Source: Antedon mediterranea
Lineage: Eukaryota > Animalia > Echinodermata
Length of the DNA: 64,000 bases
Assembly (NCBI RefSeq): GCF_964355755.1
Contig: NC_092676.1
Coordinates: 26,988,871-27,052,870 of the forward strand
Direction: 5' to 3'
The position numbers were made by a program, and so were the translations under genes. Below are positions 55,225-64,000 of the stretch, piece by piece. Numbering within the stretch: position 1 is the first letter of the stretch; each line of letters begins with the position of its first letter. The notes under the pieces were generated by a model. That model was given only the letters and a program-made list of their open reading frames with translations. It had not been told where the DNA came from and ran no database searches.

Positions 55225-57259
55225 GACAATTTTTACAGCATCTATCGTAGCAATATACGCTGGCAATCAGTGCGCGTCATAAAGACTCGCATCTAATGGG
55301 CCTCTGTTCTTTGAGTCAGCTGCTTCTGCCCTCTGATTTACGCAAACTCAAAGCCAACGCATAAACTACGGCTACAAACTCCTTTCGCCTCGGATATATG
55401 GGCTATGCACATCACCTACAAAATTTACAACCCAACAGGCTAACTCTGACTATTAGCGAGTAACAAAAAAAGTTGTGTTTGTGAATTATAATTTTAGGGT
55501 TTCTCTAAAGTGGATGTTTCTTTTCCAAGCTCTGGGGACCGTGAACCAGCTGTTTGGGTATTTAACGTTCATAAACGATATAATTTTTATTATGCAATGG
55601 TTTGCCAAATATTATTTTGCATTATATAAAAACGTCTGTTATGATCCATTTCAATTTATTGTGGTAATATAGAACATTGTCGTTTTTGTCAAATATTGAT
55701 TTAATTTTAGCTATGAAATAATTTTTTTTTTTATTATATTAGTTTTCATTAAAATATAAATTGGGATATTATACATTAGTATTTATGAAATTGTAAAATA
55801 TCAATTTATATTCAGGTGCTTTATTTTAGTTTGGTATCTTTTGTTTGTATTGGACAGAAAAAAATGTGAATTTAGAAAAACTAATGCATTTTACCATAAG
55901 TAATAATTCATTGATTAGATCACCGGTGTAGTAATCTTCAGGCCCATCATTCATTTATCTTGAGATGAGCATGCCCTGTTTTTTTATTATATATTATTTA
56001 CTATAGAAGGTAACTCCATATATTCTACAAATTTGGAAAGGATTTCTTTCAAAATTTGTTTTGATTTTTTGTTTGTTGTTTGATTTTGATATTTAGAGTA
56101 TATAAATTTTTTTTTATTTCTTAAATTTTATTTAATATTTAATTTAATAAAAAAAAAAAAACAAGGAATCAATTCACTTAGTTTTACTCTTCTTTCTGTT
56201 ATCAAAACATATTTCTGTTTATTTTATTAAATTATTTATCTATTAAAATGTTTGTTAATAAAAATAGTACATTATATATCAATTTGTTAAGATGCTTAAA
56301 CGTAACATTATAATGTTAATTTGTTGGAATATGTATGTAACAGAATGTCTGTATCAAAGATTAGTTAATGTCTAAAAATAATTACAAAACAAAGGAAAAT
56401 AACTCCTCGTAGACTAAAGATCATGTGTAAATGCCCCGATGTCAGGAGACGTTACGACATAATCTTCAAATGTAGATTTCCAATGTTAATATCTGACTAT
56501 GTACATTAACTGTTATTAAGCATCGACGGCAGTCACAATGTTTTAAAAGATGTTTTCTTGCTCATTGTACAAGAATAATCGGCAACAATCAGGGGAGTGA
56601 CGATTGATAAACGGTGAATGTTAATAGCGATGACCAGAACACTGATTTCTCCATATATAAGTGTATTTCATGTAACATTTTACTCCTGTACATCCTCGAT
56701 CTCATCCTATTACAATGAGTTTAAACAACCACTTGAAAAATAATAAAAATCTACCTAGGCTAATTCTAAAAGATAAAGCTTAGGGAGATATCGGTTAAAA
56801 GCGTTCTACGAGAAAATCTAAAACTAAATCAACATCGACACTTGGTTTTACAGACGAGATATGTAACAAGCGATTTAAAACACGACAGATCATATTTGAA
56901 GGATCTCTCATTGTACGCTAAGTGATACGTTATATGGGTTTATGTTTTGGCTTCTAGATTTTCGTGAATACAATCTGAGAATTCAAATCTTGAGGTAATT
57001 TTATATTCTTTTAGCCTGGATATTTTTTACGTAATCGAGCATAAATCTATCTTATGAAATAAATCAAAATTCTGACCAAATCCAATCAAGTTTTGTTATT
57101 ACGTACTGCTGAAAGAACTTAATTGTTAAATATGTTGACAAAATAATTAAAATTCTATTTTGATTAGCCTTAATAGAAACGGTCAAGTATGGTCAACACA
57201 TTATAATGTAAATCTGAATTAATATTATAGATTGAAAATAAATTAATAATAACCAATCG

Positions 57260-57389
57260 TGATGATGATGATGTTGATGATGATGATGATACAGTAAGTG
57301 TGATATCAAGATGTAATGAAAATGAGGATGATGATAATGATACAGTAACTGTGATATCATGATAAGAATAATGATGATAATAAAGATGC

Positions 57390-57452
<63 letters not shown>

Positions 57453-57736
57453 CGATGATGATAATACAGTACCTTGATATCATGATGTACTGATAATGAT
57501 AATAAAGATGATAATGATGATGATGATACAGTAACTGTGATATCATGATGTAATGACAATGATAAGAACGATGATAATAATGATAATGATGATGATGATG
57601 ATGATGATACAGTAACTGTGATATCATGATGTAATGATAAGAATAATGATGATAATAATGTTGATAATGACGATGTCGATGACGATACTGTAACTGTGAT
57701 ACTCATGATAATGATGTTAATAATATTATGATGATA

Positions 57737-57780
<44 letters not shown>

Positions 57781-57812
57781 AATGATGATGATGATGATGT
57801 TGATGATAATAA
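57260..57812. repeat. (GAT)n microsatellite array punctuated by a repeated ~22-bp motif
   Basis: Long pure (GAT)n runs with 6 copies of atacagtaactgtgatatcatg-like sequence. Confidence 0.92.
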
Positions 57813-59989
57813 AGATGCATATAAAAATATACCATGATATAAAAAAATCATGCTTTGTGATATAATATTTATCAATATTAACAATTGTACGAAAGATTTT
57901 TCAATTTATCTCGTTATTAGAGATGACAGAAGCCACTTAGATGGCTACTTTCCATTCTCCTACTACAACAAATGTTTTCACAATATTCTTGTCAAAGATA
58001 AAAAACAAGAGGTACATTTGTCTTGAGCTTTGCGTCACAAACTTCATCTAAATCCCAATAGTCGAGGCGAAGTAGACAACATAACGATACACAAATTGCC
58101 CGGTAACCTCATAAAATTCATGTTACGTTCGGTCACAATTATCAATCAACGAACAATATGTACTCATTAATTAAAATCTTAAACAATCGCTTGATTTTAT
58201 GACATTATTTGTCTCCATTTAAATGTCATAAAAACATTGTTTTTAAGCAATATTTTTTCTATCAATTATATATTATCATATAACCTTTTGTGTGGGCAAA
58301 TGAAAAGCTACACTATCATGAATAAATTTACACAATAGCGATGACGGCAACATTTTATTTTTCTAAAATTTATGTTATCCTGTATATTGTATGATATTAT
58401 TATTTGATGATTTAATTCAAGATTAAAGAAAGAAATGATGTTAGTATAGGGTATTTATTTTTTGTTAATATTCATCTCCTTGAAGAAAAAGGGGTTTGTC
58501 CAGGTAAGTTAGCTAGGCATAATATGTTTAAAATATGGCTATATCATCAGGTATAACATGAAAGCTCCAATTATTCATAACTTATGAATTTTGGTATATC
58601 TCCGAGTTTTGTAGTTCTTCTCTGTTACTATTATGCATTGATCGAAAGGTAAAGAAATAAGGTGGGTAACAAATGACAACAAAAAGAGCACATACATCTC
58701 ATTATTTAACAATAAATTACATATTCAAAATGAATGTGCTTACATTAAATTTTGTTCGTTATTAAATTTTAGATTGAATTCTGATATTTTAGCAGGAAAG
58801 TTAATGTGATCATATTACTGATATAAATATAAATGGTAATGACAAAACAGCATATGGTAGGAATCTATTAGGAGGGGGTGTTAATAAATAGCATCAGGAT
58901 GAATTACTAAGGCAATTAATCAAAAGTAATATGACAGAATTATGGTATCTAACATTCAGCCAGGTATTAATGTTCTTGAATGTGTTACATGCTACATACA
59001 TGAAATTGTAATGAGAATTCCATAACATCAACTATTTACTGTAAAACCCAGTAACCTATTTTGTATCCTTACAAAAACAAAATAAATCTCTTTTTTTTTT
59101 GGTTCATTACTAAATTCAAATTAAATCATATTTGTAAAATAAATTTTTCATGATTTCATATTGTATGAGTGAAATATAAATTTGTAAAATTTATTTTTTA
59201 TGTAATGATATATCCCTTTGTTCAAATTTGAAATACCAATGAAAAAAATGCATATTGATGTTTGATACTAAAATAAAATTACTTTTATACAAATATATCT
59301 TATACATATTGTTGATATAATAATATATTATATTGTTATTGACATTGTAATGCTATATTACCAAATTAAATAAAAATAGCTATCTGAAATAAAAAAATGT
59401 GCTGATGATAAAAGAAATTTCATGTTCTTAAAATTAATTAAAACATTTGTCTTATTAGATCATAAAAAACTATTGGGATAGATACCGTAGCACATTTTAT
59501 ACATTACTGTTTGTGATAAGCCAAATCAACTCCATGCGGCTTTATTAGAAGTGAACAAAAACCTCACAACATAACAATCCATATGTAAAACGTAAAAGCC
59601 TGAAATCTGCGATATACTTACCCATCGGGGAATGTCACAAAGACAAAATAATTTGATTTATAAATCATAAAAAAGATTTAAAATTAGCATAATAAATTAT
59701 CTACCCTTCTGAATTATTTTGACGTGACTAATTAAAGCGCTTTGTGAATAAAAAATACTATTTCATTGAAAGTGTCGCAGATTACATTAGTCGAGACAAT
59801 CAGGTTTATCGTTGGGTGGATTAGATCACATGATTAATATTTAGACTTTGGACTGGATTAGCGATTAAATGCTGTGGCCATGTCACTGGTATATAAATAT
59901 ATACAGACTATGATACTCATGACAACATTTTTTAGAAATTAAAATAATAAACAAATTTAAAAAAATAATTATTATAAATAAAAAATTAA

Positions 59990-60200
59990 AAACACCACAG
60001 TTTTCAGAAGTATTTTGGAAATCCCAATAATTTAACAATAATAAAAAAACTACAATCTTCAAACGTTTTTTGGAAATCCAAATAATTTAAAAATAAGTAA
60101 GAACACCACAGCTTTCAGAAGTATCTTGGAAATCCAAATAATTTTCAAAATAATTACAACACCACTATTTTGTGAATCCAAAAAAATAATTAAAACACCA
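59990..60200. repeat. Degenerate ~55-bp tandem repeat
   Basis: aacaccacag.tttcagaagtat.ttggaaatcc.aataattt, 3-4 copies. Confidence 0.7.
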
Positions 60201-60291
60201 TTTATAATATTTTATTTTGTATGTTTGTGTACATTAAAAGAAGCTGTGTAGACACAGAAGATCAGATGGCATTTCTACCTGGCATTTCTTA

Positions 60292-60453
60292 AGCTCTGTC
60301 TACACTAATCAAAGTGGTTTGACAAAAAAAAGTGTATGTGCCCAAATATGGTAGTGATATACCTAAATATGGTAGTGATATACCCAAATATGGTAGTGAT
60401 ATGACATCATCATGTCCATATATGGGCACATCACATTTGTTTTGTTAGTGTAG
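60292..60453. mobile_element. MITE family A, right end degraded
   Basis: TTA|agctctgtctacactaatcaaa; three tandem 19-bp units aaatatggtagtgatat; tgtccatatatgggcacatc. Confidence 0.8.
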
Positions 60454-63233
60454 TCTGTATTGTAGTCTTTAAATATTGTTTGTACGGTCTATTGTGTATG
60501 GTCCATTATCCTAAATAATTGTTTGTTATTATAAATTTCATTTACTCAGTAGCAATCAATGTGTCTCCTGTATGTACTCATGTTAATGGAATATGAACAA
60601 TACTTGTTTGAATTTTAAATCAAAAATAAATAAATATTTCATATGAACACTATAATGCATGTATATGTTTATCAAGTAAGGAATTAGAAATTTATTTTAT
60701 TTGACTAGCTAATTAGCTTTTTTGGTAATAATTAATTCATTTTGATTGAAAAGATTGAAGTTTGAAAAGGTTTTTTTTTAAATAAAATACTAACATCACA
60801 TCCTAAAAAGAAATTCAGGGTAGAGGAAAGATATGGTATTTATTTATTTTTTTATATTTTTTTTTAATTTGACAAAAATGAATAATAGGACAATGTGTTT
60901 CTTGTCAAAGAGTTAGTGTTTAAAAATTGACAAGAATTAAAATTATTTGCTTTAAATTTCACATATAAATACGGTATAATTTGAGCAAACAATATCATAA
61001 TTGTAAATCCATAAATGAGAACAAAACCTAAATATCCTTAAGATCTTTTTGACACTTTTATGATCACCCAGATATCATTATCGATAGGTCCCCCAACATT
61101 TAATTAACACTGTAAACCTAGCCGCATTAACTGTTGAGACGAACACTAATTTACAATGAAACTCTATATGTCATTAAATTCATTCCACTTCAGATACTCT
61201 ACTATGTATAGCACCGTACAAAACAAAGCATGATGCAATGTTATTGATCATTTGTATAGTTTTTAATTTAATGTGATAATATAGAAAAACCTTTATAAAG
61301 TGCACGGCCCTGCAGCTGTGTGTAATCAAAGGGCCTTAAATTACTAAGTAAACTATCTTTTTTTAGTGTTGTTCCCTTCTTTTAGTGTCAATCTCCTTTA
61401 TGATGGACAGGCTAATTTAAAATTATCATTACATAATAAAAATATATACTAAATTTGTATATGAAATATGAATAGAAACACGCAGTAAAACATACGGTAT
61501 GTCAGGTAGTAAAATACCAAATTATGCTACATTTTAGAAGAACTGGTAGTAGCTACGCTACCTTAATAAAAGTTCAAGCATTTATAATAATAATATCTTT
61601 GTTCTATTTTTGGGTAGTGTACAAAAGTACTTTCCTTTCTTATGAGTACTACACAAATGTGATGAAGTTATTTTTGTCCGGTCAATGTATTAAAGGGTTG
61701 GGTCTTGACTGAGGAACAGATTAACATCATTTTACCAAGGATTTTCTATAGTGTACCTGTGTGAACACAAGTTTAATTTATATAATTAAATGTTCATGAA
61801 ATGAAACAGCCTTTTTTTAGGAACCCACAAGAAATCAAACAATTTGTGGTCATGCAAACCTTTTGCTCATATCCATCAAGACCATTAATCCAATAAATTT
61901 AAAGAAAGGGTCTTGGTAAATGAGGTCATTAACCTTTAGTCATCTTCAAGTGTTTTGTATGTAATCCTTATCAAATTTTATCAGGTATAAATCATTATTT
62001 TGTGATGGAAAATTAAAAATGAAAATAAATTCATCTATAAGCACCTACACATTATTGAAATGATAGTAATTTATCGGATTAATAATTATAACCAAAAAGT
62101 CATTAAGAGTTCACTCACACCGTTTACGCAAGATTTAATTGTACCAAAAATTGACTTTCCGATACAAAATCATCTATAATGCAAAACATGATATTCCATT
62201 ATTGTTTGCGCTACTGTACTGTAATGTAAATGTTGTATTAAGGTAAATAATTTCATAGTGCTTTTCCAATTACTAAGTACATTTTCCACACGAATAAAAA
62301 GCCTTAAGAAATTATACCGAATGATCGGTGTGAAGAACAAACGGAGAGTACTCGTGACCTGGTGTGAGTAGCCTAGTTACGACATAACTATGACCTAGTC
62401 TTCACAACATGACCTAGTCTTTGTGACATGATCTACCAGTAGAATGGGTTAAATTGTGTCACATGCTACGAGACCTATTTACGACAACAATATGGCCTAT
62501 TGAATGTATTAAATTAATGAATTTTGAATCTATGTTCTGAATGTTGGACATTGATTCTAATGGGAATAACATAACATGCAAAAGCTTTTATTCAAACAAT
62601 ACTAAATTGAAATGGACTGCAACACGGATCTAAGAGACAAAACGTTTCTAAGCTATGAGGACATAATTTGTTGACAATGTTACAGACATATGATTGCTTA
62701 AATTGGATAGAAAGTGTAATAATAACTGGAAATTTAAAAACACAAATACAAGCCTGTAACTGGTGATTTGCGGTGGTAGAAAGAAGAAGTGTTGGAGAAT
62801 GCAATAGCTCATCTATCAACTAAAATATGAATCCATTTTTTAAAATATCAAAATATTAATTTTCCAAACTCCTTCACAGCAATACATCAGAAATTTTATC
62901 TTATTTTTTTACAAATTTTCCAACAGAAATGACAAAAGAATAAGATGAGTTAAGTGTAATTTTCATGCTTGATTTAACCGTTAACTCTAAATTGATTTTT
63001 AATGTAAAATTGATTCATTATTTCAGTAGAAAGAATAATAAATGGGTAAGAAAAACATTAAAAATACACAATAATTCATACTATAATGATGGAAATTATT
63101 AAAGAAAACACTATCATCTATTGCTGGAAACATCTTTTGACATTATGTATATTGATGGATATTTGATGATATTTTACTATTATTGTTAAACTTTGGTCTT
63201 TGCAAAGTAGTAGTATTTTACCATAAACGTCCA

Positions 63234-63452
63234 GCTGAAATGCAAGTTTTGTTTCAACTTCATCATGTAGTAGTTTTTCTTGTCCAGAACTATCACAAAA
63301 ACATTCATGTTCAATACATATGAATGAAAAAATAGATTTTATTATTAACTTTTTCGTCTGGCTGAAATGCAATTTAGTTTTAACTTCATCATATAGATTT
63401 TCTTGTCCAGATCTATCACAAAAACATTACATTCCAAACTTATGAATGAAAA
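63234..63452. repeat. Tandem duplication, period ~127 bp
   Basis: gctgaaatgcaa...aacttcatcat...ttttcttgtccaga.ctatcacaaaa...tatgaatgaaaa, twice. Confidence 0.8.
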
Positions 63453-64000
63453 TATATACAGTATAAACATTTACAATATCATTTTGAATTTTTTTTTTAT
63501 GTGGTTTCTGTTAATCTTTCTGTACAGCACTTTAACTTCTGGAAAGGTGCTTTATAAATAATGAATAATAACAATAATAGATATCCATTAAGCGAAACTG
63601 AAAAATACCAATGGTAAAGATTATTTCAGTTACCTTCAAGACTAAACATGTTTTAGAATTTGAGCTGTATTTTAAAAATATAAAAACGTGTATTTGACTA
63701 TTGTGCCTATTGTTGGTGGACGTTTTATAGCATATCTGAACATGACTGTCGAAGGTCATATGAGAAACCATACACGCCATGGTAGCGTGAGGTTCAATGT
63801 ATGCATTTAATCAAGTCGTGAATGTTTAGGTTTATTTATAACCCTCGACCTTTGACATAGTGACAAGCAGATGAAATGTGTGATAGATGTGCTGTACTGC
63901 ATACTTTTACAAAGATTATACACAAGTATTTTAATAATTCAACAGTTTAAGTTGCCAAAAATAATTCTAAAAAATGTACATTTTGCTCCGATTATTTTGA

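Noticed and set aside
57170-57835. Poly-His and poly-Ile ORFs
   Set aside because: (CAT)n microsatellite translation.
9006-61436. D-box-like TTA(T/C)GTAA sites suggesting clock control
   Set aside because: Expected frequently by chance at this AT content.

Overview
AT-rich eukaryotic (metazoan-looking) genomic DNA; there is no sign of a prokaryotic system. The only protein-coding gene I can support is the 3' part of a large minus-strand nuclear receptor gene of the NR1 C/D/E/F type (Rev-erb/E75/E78/ROR/PPAR-related). Four GT-AG exons were reconstructed by hand: hinge/helix 1 (50618-50805), helix 3 (8559-8651), helices 4-8 (5641-5907) and helices 9-12 plus a long F domain (3514-4025). The DNA-binding-domain exons were not found and presumably lie beyond 64000. 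A phase mismatch implies at least one unrecognised small exon in the 42-kb gap. The introns hold many non-autonomous elements: a 7-copy Harbinger-like MITE family, two clean pogo/Tigger-like MITEs, a 1.69-kb CAGGG-TIR element with a 5-bp TSD nested in a MITE, about 30-bp hairpin elements with 7-bp TSDs, LINE 3' tails, and micro/minisatellites. The most interesting signal is a pair of near-identical ~174-bp direct repeats 1801 bp apart. Each carries a minimal type-I hammerhead ribozyme core (Penelope/retrozyme-like) antisense to the gene, and a third, sense-oriented copy has a destroyed core. Other notable items are two adjacent loop-less palindromes and several ROR/Rev-erb-type response elements in the receptor's own introns. 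All calls are by eye; no database search was run.
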